Source of the DNA: a virus
Lineage: Duplodnaviria > Caudoviricetes
DNA: 64,000 nt
Reading direction: 5' to 3' (one strand)
IMG/VR virus record: IMGVR_UViG_2974670102_000001
Location: 64,001 to 128,000 of that record
How positions within the stretch are numbered: position 1 is the stretch's first letter; each line of letters starts with the position of its first letter. The position numbers and the translations under genes were made by a program. Positions 54,240 through 61,930 of this stretch are shown here, one piece after another. The notes under the pieces were generated by a model. The model worked only from the letters and a program-made list of their open reading frames with translations, was not told the DNA's origin and did no database searches.

Positions 54240-54590
54240 TTGGAAACCACTTACGACTACAGCCTTACGTTCGACCTGACTGACATCATCGTGTTCGTTC
54301 TGATCGCGATCATGATCAAGATGGTCATCGACATCGTGCGTGAGCGCATGCGAATACGCAGGCTCCGACGCGACATGGGGGCAAACGGCAATCTTCCGTG
54401 CATCACGATCTCGGGTAACGACGATGTGTCGATCTCGGGTCTTGTGTACGAAGGGCGGCCCATCCCCTCGGTCGATATCAAGAACAAAGCGCTGTTCGTC
54501 GACGGTCAGTTCAAGCGCCGCCTCGCCCGCAACAGCCGTGTCTACAACCGTGGCATCGGAATCTTCGCGGACGGCAAGTACATGGGGTAA
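54240..54590 (+). CDS. single-TM membrane protein
   Basis: AGGAGGT RBS, TTG start, N-terminal hydrophobic helix. Confidence 0.7.
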   Translation: METTYDYSLTFDLTDIIVFVLIAIMIKMVIDIVRERMRIRRLRRDMGANGNLPCITISGNDDVSISGLVYEGRPIPSVDIKNKALFVDGQFKRRLARNSRVYNRGIGIFADGKYMG

Positions 54591-54594
54591 TACC

Positions 54595-55059
54595 ATGCGC
54601 AGTATCTTTCACATTTCGGTCGGCTCCGATAACTGGAACCCGACCGAGGACGAACTTGCGGGCATCGTCCGCAAGTTCAAAGAACTGGAAGCAAAGCAGG
54701 GTCAGCGTCAACAGCTTCCCGATACCCGCAAGATCATCCACATCAGTGTGGGTGCTGAGGATTGGACGCCTACCGCAGACGAACTGTTGGCCATCGTCAA
54801 TCAGTTCCAGTATGCAGACCTCGATCCGCTCGGTGGGTGGATTGCGACGCGTCACGGTATCAAAGTCACTGACATCGAGACCGCCGCACAGCCCACGCTG
54901 GTGGTGAACGGCACGACCCACGAAAGCGAGGCTCGTGCTTCGCTACGTCAGGACTCCATCGACCGGCTTGAGGCCATCCGCGAAAACCTGCGTACGTTCA
55001 AGCTGAGCACGCTCGATGTCGACACACTGATCAATCGGTTGTCGACGTATCAACTTTAA
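54595..55059 (+). CDS. protein with two tandem HISVG..W.PT.DEL repeats
   Basis: SIFHISVGSDNWNPTEDELAGIV and KIIHISVGAEDWTPTADELLAIV. Confidence 0.75.
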   Translation: MRSIFHISVGSDNWNPTEDELAGIVRKFKELEAKQGQRQQLPDTRKIIHISVGAEDWTPTADELLAIVNQFQYADLDPLGGWIATRHGIKVTDIETAAQPTLVVNGTTHESEARASLRQDSIDRLEAIRENLRTFKLSTLDVDTLINRLSTYQL

Positions 55060-55080
55060 CCGAAAAGCTTAGGACAACAA

Positions 55081-55512
55081 ATGAAACAACTCAACACGCA
55101 ACGCCGCTTCGAATGCCTGACACCGGAAGGTACATGGGTCTCCGTGCACTGGGAGCAACTGGAACCGGGCGACATGATCCGCCTCCTGCCCGCTGTCGGC
55201 ATCACCGAGGACGTTCCGCCGACCGACGTATTCGTCGTCATGGACACGCCTACCGTGAACGTGCGTTCGGTGAACGAAATCCGTGCCGAACAAGCAGCCG
55301 CAGCGCAGCGTGAAGCGCTGGCCAACACGGAAGGTGTCGATGCTATCCAAGCAGCGCAGCGCGATATCGACGCAGCCGTCGAGCAGATGAAGCCGGTAAC
55401 AGAGGCCGTGGCAAAGGTGGCGCACGCAGTAAAGGCCAAGAAGACGCCGAGCCCGAAGGTTCCGGCACCGGCACGCAAGCCGCGCACGCGCAAGGTCGCG
55501 ACGCCGAAGTAA
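55081..55512 (+). CDS. hypothetical protein with basic tail
   Basis: AGGA RBS. Confidence 0.7.
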   Translation: MKQLNTQRRFECLTPEGTWVSVHWEQLEPGDMIRLLPAVGITEDVPPTDVFVVMDTPTVNVRSVNEIRAEQAAAAQREALANTEGVDAIQAAQRDIDAAVEQMKPVTEAVAKVAHAVKAKKTPSPKVPAPARKPRTRKVATPK

Positions 55513-55624
55513 TGGCCGTGTAGTAAATAGGTTGGGTGAGCGCGGAAACGCAATCCCCAATTTGAGTTGTACAGAAAACTAGTGCTGGTTGCCGGATGCA
55601 GTTGTTACCCGGAACAGCACACGC

Positions 55625-55714
55625 GGATGGGTGCCCGAGTGGCTAAAGGGGGCAGACTGTAAATCTGCCGGGCCTCAGTGTCCTACGTTGGTTCGAATCC
55701 AACCTCATCCACCA
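55625..55714 (+). tRNA. tRNA-Tyr(GTA)
   Basis: GGATGGG/CTCATCC, GCAGA-CTGTAAA-TCTGC, long variable arm, CCA. Confidence 0.93.
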
Positions 55715-55767
55715 GAACATAAGCAGGAGCCCTGAGCATCAGGGCATCAGGGCAACAAGGAAAAGCA

Positions 55768-56049
55768 ATGCCGATTAAGCCGCTGTATGACAAGGTGGTG
55801 GTGCGTACCACCGACACAGACCGTACGACTGTAGGGGGCATCGTGATCCCCGCTGCTTCGCTCAAGGCGAATCAGGCTGTCGTGGTCGCTGTCGGTGACG
55901 GCCACCTTATGCAAGACGGTACGCTTCGACCGCTGTCCGTGAAGGCAGGCGACGTTGTGTACCTCTCGCATGAAGGCTCCGAGATCGAAGTCAACGGTGA
56001 AAAGCTTCGCGTCTTCATCGAAGGCGATCTGATAGGAGTCCTCAACTAA
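55768..56049 (+). CDS. groES: GroES/Cpn10 co-chaperonin
   Basis: IKPLYDKVVV, TVGGIVIP, VVAVGDG, PLSVKAGDVV, EGDLIGV. Confidence 0.93.
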   Translation: MPIKPLYDKVVVRTTDTDRTTVGGIVIPAASLKANQAVVVAVGDGHLMQDGTLRPLSVKAGDVVYLSHEGSEIEVNGEKLRVFIEGDLIGVLN

Positions 56050-56058
56050 GCAGTACAT

Positions 56059-56135
56059 TCCCCGTGAGCAAGCTAGGCGACTGCACCGGACTGTTAATCC
56101 GGCATTGCGTGGTTCGAATCCACGACGGGGAGCCA
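56059..56135 (+). tRNA. tRNA-Asn(GTT)
   Basis: TCCCCGT/ACGGGGA, CCGGA-CTGTTAA-TCCGG, G-CCA. Confidence 0.9.
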
Positions 56136-56139
56136 ATCA

Positions 56140-56242
56140 TGAATAGGTCATGAGTAAGGCAGATCACTCAATCCGGAAACTCAAAAGGTAATCCGGGTAG
56201 CAATGAGCATCCTGTAAGCCGAGACGATGATTGACTTATTCA
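56140..56242 (+). ncRNA. candidate structured spacer RNA
   Basis: 11-bp closing stem TGAATAGGTCA/TGACTTATTCA with internal hairpins; fills the whole tRNA-Asn to tRNA-Phe spacer. Confidence 0.5.
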
Positions 56243-56244
56243 GA

Positions 56245-56320
56245 GCGCGGGTAGCTCAGTTGGTAGAGCACCGGACTGAAAATCCGGGTGTCGCTGGTTC
56301 GAGTCCAGCCCTGCGCACCA
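56245..56320 (+). tRNA. tRNA-Phe(GAA)
   Basis: GCGCGGG/CCTGCGC, CCGGA-CTGAAAA-TCCGG, CCA. Confidence 0.93.
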
Positions 56321-56322
56321 GC

Positions 56323-56438
56323 GTTGTGATCGAGTGAAAATCGTAGGAAGGGGCCGATTACCCTGACCGCAATCTGTAGGTGGACCGGCTGGCCCTCATC
56401 CTGCTAGTGTAGATTTTTCCCATGTGGTTTCGATCAAC
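56323..56438 (+). ncRNA. candidate rod-shaped RNA
   Basis: Four nested stems: TGATCGAG/TTCGATCA, GAAAATC/GATTTTT, GTAGGA/TCCTGC, GGGCC/GGCCC. Confidence 0.5.
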
Positions 56439-56539
56439 TAATCATTGTGTGGTTGTAGCGCACTAAATCAGACGGCCGGGCTCCGGAGCCCGCGTACCAT
56501 ACCACCCCGGATGGAAACCGTTGAATATTCCGGGTCGAT

Positions 56540-56616
56540 AGGGGTGTAGCCAAGTTGGTTAAGGCAACGGATTTTGATTCCGTCATGCGTAGGTTCGAAT
56601 CCTACCGCCCCTTCCA
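56540..56616 (+). tRNA. tRNA-Gln(TTG)
   Basis: AGGGGTG/CGCCCCT, ACGGA-TTTTGAT-TCCGT, CCA. Confidence 0.92.
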
Positions 56617-56694
56617 GAACACGCAGTACTGCTGCCTCCCCCTGCGGTGAAATCCCGAAGGACTTGCGGGCAGCATCGAATAATCAGGACTCCA

Positions 56695-57021
56695 ATGAAC
56701 GCAATCAAGAACGCGACCGCAACAACCTTCGACGCAGATGTCATGAAGGGTGAAGGTCTCATCCTCGTAGACTTCTGGGCACCGTGGTGCGGCCCGTGCA
56801 AGATGCTGGCTCCGACACTGGACAAGATCGCACAAGAGCGCGACGACCTCCAGATCGTGAAGGTCAACGTCGACGAGGAATCCGAGAACGAAGTCGCAAA
56901 GACGTTCGGAGTCCGTGGTATTCCGTCACTCATGCTCGTGCGAAACGGTGCAGTGATCGCGCAACGCGCTGGAGCACTGGCCAAGTCGCAACTGGAAGCA
57001 TGGATCGACGCGAACAAGTAA
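56695..57021 (+). CDS. trxA: thioredoxin
   Basis: LVDFWAPWCGPCKML, VKVNVDE, GVRGIP. Confidence 0.95.
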   Translation: MNAIKNATATTFDADVMKGEGLILVDFWAPWCGPCKMLAPTLDKIAQERDDLQIVKVNVDEESENEVAKTFGVRGIPSLMLVRNGAVIAQRAGALAKSQLEAWIDANK

Positions 57022-57029
57022 CAAGCAGT

Positions 57030-57102
57030 CCTGAGTTAGCTTAGTGGCAAAGCAGCCGGGGTCTGGCGATGGACTACGGTTCGATTCCGTAACTCGGGGC
57101 CA
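57030..57102 (+). ncRNA. tRNA-like RNA with collapsed anticodon arm
   Basis: Intact acceptor CCTGAGT/ACTCGGG-G-CCA, D arm and T arm (TACGG-TTCGATT-CCGTA); anticodon arm is GCCGG-GGT-CTGGC. Confidence 0.75.
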
Positions 57103-57111
57103 AGATTTCTG

Positions 57112-57222
57112 CACCGTGGGTTGACCTCCACGGTGATCCGCTAGACGCGGAGGGTCACATCTGGGTATTGCACATGCCCGCTGGCGGTCACCAGCACCTC
57201 CTTGTCGCGCGACGACCGCGAT
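57112..57222 (+). ncRNA. candidate pseudoknotted RNA
   Basis: CACCGTGG/CCACGGTG hairpin whose loop TGACCT is complementary to GGGTCA at 57152; several more hairpins follow. Confidence 0.45.
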
Positions 57223-57287
57223 TAATGGGCTACGTCGTATAAGTGGTTGGTTGTCCTGAGCGCACTAGGGCGTTCGGGGTAGTGCAG

Positions 57288-57331
57288 AAGGGTGATAGTC
57301 TGGGTAACCGGTCTATCACCCTTTTGTTTTT
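57288..57331 (+). terminator. terminator ending the tRNA array
   Basis: AAGGGTGATAG...CTATCACCCTT then TTGTTTTT. Confidence 0.75.
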
Positions 57332-57379
57332 GGTTCGTGTTATACTGAGTAGGTAGTAAATAACCAAAGGAGGTGTCAA

Positions 57380-57568
57380 ATGAAACAAGTGATGATATTG
57401 GCGTCCCTGTTTCTGGCAAGCCTCGTGCTCACAATCGAGTTGCGGCTACACCAGATACCGTACTCGGACCTCGTGATGACGGCGTACACGCTGATCTTCT
57501 TCGCGGTCTGGGCGATGCTCGACTTCAAGGCCATGCGGAGGAAACAGGGTGACAGCAATTCGTATTGA
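57380..57568 (+). CDS. small two-TM membrane protein
   Basis: AAGGAGGT RBS; two hydrophobic helices. Confidence 0.7.
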   Translation: MKQVMILASLFLASLVLTIELRLHQIPYSDLVMTAYTLIFFAVWAMLDFKAMRRKQGDSNSY

Positions 57569-57884
57569 ATTCTCGGTGCAGAACATCGGGAACGTGGTGC
57601 GCGAGGCACTGCGCAGCAACCACCGGGTGACCGGAATCTTGGTTCCGCGCAGGCTTGCCGACAAGATTTACGCGTATGTGAGGTCTGAGCAGGTGCCCGG
57701 ACCGGGCCATCCGCTGTACGACCTTTTCAACACTCTCGACGTGAACCACAAGATCGAGGATCGCGTGTACCAGTCCTTCGGTTCGATCATGGGGATTCCC
57801 ATGTACATCGAGCCGTGCATGGTGCCGGAAGAAATCAAGCTGGGAGAGTTCGAGGCGATCCTATACACGACGGCGTTTGCGTAA
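57549..57884 (+). CDS. hypothetical protein
   Basis: GGAGG RBS, GTG start. Confidence 0.65.
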   Translation: MTAIRIEFSVQNIGNVVREALRSNHRVTGILVPRRLADKIYAYVRSEQVPGPGHPLYDLFNTLDVNHKIEDRVYQSFGSIMGIPMYIEPCMVPEEIKLGEFEAILYTTAFA

Positions 57885-57925
57885 CGTGTGTTAGTGCTGT
57901 ACAATCCGGGTCCCGCAGTAAATAG
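57877..57925 (+). promoter_or_regulatory. tandem sigma70-type and GCAGTAAATAG promoters
   Basis: TTGCGT-17-TACAAT then GCAGTAAATAG. Confidence 0.6.
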
Positions 57926-57977
57926 TATGGGGTAGCAGAAATCGGTCTGCTGCCCCGTTTCCATTTCCAAGGAGGAA

Positions 57978-58388
57978 TTGATGAACGTAACCCGCCAAGT
58001 ACTCGAACTCGCGCTCGCACAAAACGCGGAGACGCAATCGCGCGTGTCACCCGTTTCGGAAAGCGCAGAGGACCGTGCCCGATTTGCCCGTGACTTCCAG
58101 ACCGTGAGCCTTAGTCTGGGGCAGCGCACTGGCATCACGACCGCAGTCATCGCCACTGCAACCGAAGAGGACGTGATCGTATCTCGCATCCCGAACCAGT
58201 ACCGAGCAGTGGCCCGCGCCCACGTCATGAGCCATCAGGCGTTCCGCTGCACTGAGGGTGTGAAGTTCCGACGTATCTTCATCGACTGCCCGGTGCTGTT
58301 CGACGGCTTCTCCGAATTCGTGAAGTACGTGCACTCTGTCATGGTTCCGGGCCAGCAACTGGTCATCGTCGGCGCAAGCGTACTGTGA
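57978..58388 (+). CDS. hypothetical protein (possibly degenerate P-loop fold)
   Basis: AAGGAGG RBS; GQRTGITT and RRIFID are weak Walker-like remnants. Confidence 0.65.
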   Translation: MMNVTRQVLELALAQNAETQSRVSPVSESAEDRARFARDFQTVSLSLGQRTGITTAVIATATEEDVIVSRIPNQYRAVARAHVMSHQAFRCTEGVKFRRIFIDCPVLFDGFSEFVKYVHSVMVPGQQLVIVGASVL

Positions 58389-58582
58389 GCGTCGCCCACA
58401 AGAACGCCGAGATCATCTGCGCGTGGGTGAACTGGGCCCGCATCCAATACCAATCACCGACGACGGACGAGTGGTGCGACGTGCCTGCCGCTGTCGATAT
58501 GGAGGACGAGTACTTGAAGCCAAACCCGATCCATCCGGACTATGCGTGGTTCCCGAACTGGCGCGTGGTCAAACAGGAGTAG
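58385..58582 (+). CDS. hypothetical protein
   Basis: GTGA coupled. Confidence 0.6.
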   Translation: MSVAHKNAEIICAWVNWARIQYQSPTTDEWCDVPAAVDMEDEYLKPNPIHPDYAWFPNWRVVKQE

Positions 58583-60199
58583 TTGATGCTCAAACCCGTC
58601 AAGATGAAAAATGCGGTGCGTTGGCTTGTAGTCGACGCAGCCGCACGTGTTCGTCTTCCGGCTCGCGAACTCATGGACCTGCATGCGTGGTCCCGTAACT
58701 GGCGTGGTGGCGCACCTCGCGCCCTGTTCTCTGCGGCTTGCAACTGGCTCGAAGAGGAACAGGGCCGCTCGTGGTATCGAGACGATCAGTACCGGCTTCC
58801 ATATCCGGTGCCCGATCAGGTGGAGAAGCGGTGGGGTATGGTCTACGACATGATCGGGGCCTTTCTCGTCGACGAAGCAAAGGACTTCTGGAACAAGCTG
58901 GGCGACACGAATGAGATTGATCGTTCACTGTACAGTGCGGTAGACCTGTTCGGATCGGAAGATCAGAATCAGGAAGTGCGAGAGTTTGAACGGCCTGACA
59001 TACCTTGGAATGACGAGCAAAACTCGGCAATCAGGGACGTGATGCGCTGGTACTCGGACAAGGGTCGGGCACCGATCTTCAGGCTGTTCGGGTATGCTGG
59101 TACTGGTAAGACTCAGTTGATCAAGGAGATAGCGTGGCGCATCGAGAAAGGTGAGGGGGTCAAGAAGGGCTCCGTACTGTTTGCGGCGTACACGGGTAAG
59201 GCAGCGGCCGTCATGCGCAGCAAGGGCTGCGTTGGGGCCACGACATTGCACTCTTTGATCTACCGGCCGAAGATGGATCGTGTCACCGGCAAGATCAAGG
59301 GGTTCTCGCGCAACGAGGAAAGCCCGCTGCGGTACGCCTCGATCCTGATCGTCGACGAAGTGTCGATGGTGAACGAAGACATGGCGCTGGACATCCTGAA
59401 GTACGGGGTGATGGTGCTGGTCGTCGGTGACCCGTTCCAGTTGAAACCGGTTAAGGGCGAAGGCTACTTCGTGCGCGGCCGTGCCGATGTCATGCTCACG
59501 AAGATCGAGCGACAGGCTGAAGAGAATCCGCTGATCTGGTTGTCGATGCGACTGCGTGCGAAAAAGAAGCTGAAGCCCGGGACCTACGGTTCGACGCGGA
59601 TTCATGCTATAGGTACGCAGATTGATGACGAGCACGTGATGACCGCTGACCAGATGCTGTGCGGTATCCACCGTACGCGTCACGCGCTGAACCGGAAGTA
59701 CCGTACGCTTGCTGGCTACTTCGATCAGGAATCTGAATTCCCGGTCAAGGGTGAACGACTCCTGTGCAAGAAGAACAACAAGCAGACAGGCGTGCTGAAC
59801 GGAACGCAGTGGCATTGCTCGCGCCCGCGTATCAAGCCGATCAAACGGTTGAAGAACCCGAAGAACCCGGCTGCTGGTTACGAGGTGACACGTCTCGAAG
59901 GTCTGTACTTCAAGGCCCGGTCGCTCGACCTGTTCAACAGCGACGGTGCACCTATGATCGTGGACACGGTGTGTTCGCTCCACCACTTCGATCACAACCT
60001 GCCAGAGCCTCCGTGGCAAGACATTCAGGGCACCGACACGTGGACGTTCGCATACACGCAGACGGGCCACAGCGCTCAGGGCAGTCAGTGGGACAAGACG
60101 CTGATCGTCGACGAATCCGACGTGTTCCCGGATCAGAAATGGGAGCACTTCTACACGCAGTTGACACGGACCGCCGTGTCGGCAGAGATTTACCTTTAA
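58583..60199 (+). CDS. SF1B helicase (Dda/RecD2-like)
   Basis: GYAGTGKT, AYTGKAA, TLHSLIY, VDEVSMV, GDPFQL, RQAEENP, HSAQGSQW, YTQLTR. Confidence 0.92.
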   Translation: MMLKPVKMKNAVRWLVVDAAARVRLPARELMDLHAWSRNWRGGAPRALFSAACNWLEEEQGRSWYRDDQYRLPYPVPDQVEKRWGMVYDMIGAFLVDEAKDFWNKLGDTNEIDRSLYSAVDLFGSEDQNQEVREFERPDIPWNDEQNSAIRDVMRWYSDKGRAPIFRLFGYAGTGKTQLIKEIAWRIEKGEGVKKGSVLFAAYTGKAAAVMRSKGCVGATTLHSLIYRPKMDRVTGKIKGFSRNEESPLRYASILIVDEVSMVNEDMALDILKYGVMVLVVGDPFQLKPVKGEGYFVRGRADVMLTKIERQAEENPLIWLSMRLRAKKKLKPGTYGSTRIHAIGTQIDDEHVMTADQMLCGIHRTRHALNRKYRTLAGYFDQESEFPVKGERLLCKKNNKQTGVLNGTQWHCSRPRIKPIKRLKNPKNPAAGYEVTRLEGLYFKARSLDLFNSDGAPMIVDTVCSLHHFDHNLPEPPWQDIQGTDTWTFAYTQTGHSAQGSQWDKTLIVDESDVFPDQKWEHFYTQLTRTAVSAEIYL

Positions 60200-60208
60200 G
60201 GGGGCAGC

Positions 60209-61099
60209 ATGTCCAAACTCGTAACCGTGCAGATCAAGCCACGGTCGTTTCTTCAGAAGAAGTTCTCCGCTGGTCGCATGTGGTTCTTAGCCGAGCCCAT
60301 CACCATTGACGGGGTGCACAACGGCAACTACGAGGTTGCTATCGCGGGCGGTCGGCACGTGATCAGTGGCCGTAGCCTGAACGTTCAGACGTGGACCACT
60401 AACGAGGAACCAGTAGAGTTGCTGACGCGCCTAAACGGCTACATCTACTCGACGACACCGGGTCATGGTGACTTGATACTGCGGCCCGAGGACATCCAGC
60501 CTCCGTCACCGCCCGAGCGTACGTTCGTCATGATCGACATCGAGAGTCTGGGGCTGCGCGTAGGATCGCCTGTCCTTTCTATCGGTGCGTGTGCCATGCA
60601 ACGCGGTCTCGGCATCATCGACGAATTCAGCGTCGTGCTCGATCTTCAAGAGCAACTGGACAAGGGCGCTAAGGTAGAGGCCGACGCCTTCTACTGGTGG
60701 CTGCGCCAGCCCGAAAAGCCGCGTCTGGCCATCGCAGGCCCCGACGTGAAGTACTCGACGCTGGAAGAGGCGCGCGAGCAACTGACCCACTTCTGGGCGC
60801 GCGTAGAGGCCCACCCGTGCGTCGTGGATGGCAACGTGTTCGCGATGGCCCTAGGCAACGACTTCGACCTAGCACAACTCGACCTGTGGTTCAATGGCAA
60901 CGTGCCATGGCACTACCGCGACAAGGTGTGCCTGCGCGCCCTGATCAACACGCACCCGAACTCGGTGGTGTGGGATAGCGAGGACAACTTCGGCAAGGAT
61001 CGCGAGGACCTGCACACTGCGCTCGGGGACGCGAAGGCCCAATCCCGGATGCTCATGCGCATGATCGCCCGACATCCCGAAATCTCGCAGGTGGTGTGA
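60209..61099 (+). CDS. DEDDh 3'-5' exonuclease (DexA-like) with N-terminal extension
   Basis: MIDIESLG, SIGA, WW.RQ, GNDFD, HTALGDA. Confidence 0.85.
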   Translation: MSKLVTVQIKPRSFLQKKFSAGRMWFLAEPITIDGVHNGNYEVAIAGGRHVISGRSLNVQTWTTNEEPVELLTRLNGYIYSTTPGHGDLILRPEDIQPPSPPERTFVMIDIESLGLRVGSPVLSIGACAMQRGLGIIDEFSVVLDLQEQLDKGAKVEADAFYWWLRQPEKPRLAIAGPDVKYSTLEEAREQLTHFWARVEAHPCVVDGNVFAMALGNDFDLAQLDLWFNGNVPWHYRDKVCLRALINTHPNSVVWDSEDNFGKDREDLHTALGDAKAQSRMLMRMIARHPEISQVV

Positions 61100-61326
61100 T
61101 GACGAAGAAACAGAAGGCTCCGGGCCTGCGTCTGCAACTGCTGTCGGACGGCAGCACCGCCCAGTACCTCGAAATCTCGAAGCTGGCGACGCCGCACGTC
61201 GAGAAGGAGTTCATCCACTTCGACAAGCTGCCGGACGGCACGTGGCGTCTGCTCATCAACGTGCGTGACGAGAACGGCAAGCAGATTGCGACGCCGGACA
61301 TCCACATCATGGAGATCATGCGGTGA
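61096..61326 (+). CDS. hypothetical protein
   Basis: Coupled ORF. Confidence 0.65.
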   Translation: MMTKKQKAPGLRLQLLSDGSTAQYLEISKLATPHVEKEFIHFDKLPDGTWRLLINVRDENGKQIATPDIHIMEIMR

Positions 61327-61688
61327 GCGAGGATAGCAGTGACTGGGTAGGCGTCGATTTTGATTCGACGCTTGCTTATCTGGACGAGTGGCAAGGAAAG
61401 TTTCACCTTGGCAAGCCTATACCGGCCATGGTAGCATTCGTCCGCAGTTTGCTCGAACAGGGCAAGGAAGTGCGTGTGATGACGGCCCGGGTGTGCCCGG
61501 ACCCCGACTACACTGAAGAAGAACTCGAAGAGATTCATCGCCTAATCGAGGATTGGACTGAAGAGCATATCGGCACTCGCTTGAGCGCCACGTGTATGAA
61601 GGACCGGTACATGATCGCGCTCTTCGACGATAAGGCATTTCACGTGACCCCGAACACGGGGATCGTTCACATACCGGAGGATGAATGA
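61323..61688 (+). CDS. HAD-family phosphatase (PNKP 3'-phosphatase-like)
   Basis: VGVDFDSTLA (DxDxT), MTAR, K, LFDD. Confidence 0.82.
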   Translation: MSEDSSDWVGVDFDSTLAYLDEWQGKFHLGKPIPAMVAFVRSLLEQGKEVRVMTARVCPDPDYTEEELEEIHRLIEDWTEEHIGTRLSATCMKDRYMIALFDDKAFHVTPNTGIVHIPEDE

Positions 61689-61930
61689 AGTCCATTAAAT
61701 TCCAACGGCGCTGTAGCAGCGGCACGGAGTTTTACGAAATGCCGCTGGAAGAGGGCAACTACGGCATCGTCTACAACGGTGGTCCCACACTCGGTATCAA
61801 GTTCTTCTCCGACGACGGCACCGAATGCCTGTACGTCGAGTTGCCGAAACACGCTGCCGACAAGATGGCCGAGTACATCACTCAGGCCGACCGCAACCAT
61901 CAACTCTACAAAAACCTGAAGGAAATCTGA
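61685..61930 (+). CDS. hypothetical protein
   Basis: GGAGG RBS, coupled. Confidence 0.65.
   Translation: MKSIKFQRRCSSGTEFYEMPLEEGNYGIVYNGGPTLGIKFFSDDGTECLYVELPKHAADKMAEYITQADRNHQLYKNLKEI

Noticed and set aside
51603-57230. Theta/HDV-like or hammerhead ribozymes in tRNA 3' trailers
   Set aside because: Could not find a correct P3/L3 (UCCUCGY-type) nested pseudoknot or a CUGAUGA...GAAA core by eye; a descriptor search would be needed to exclude them fully.
58925-60148. 407-aa minus-strand ORF
   Set aside because: Antisense to the SF1B helicase.
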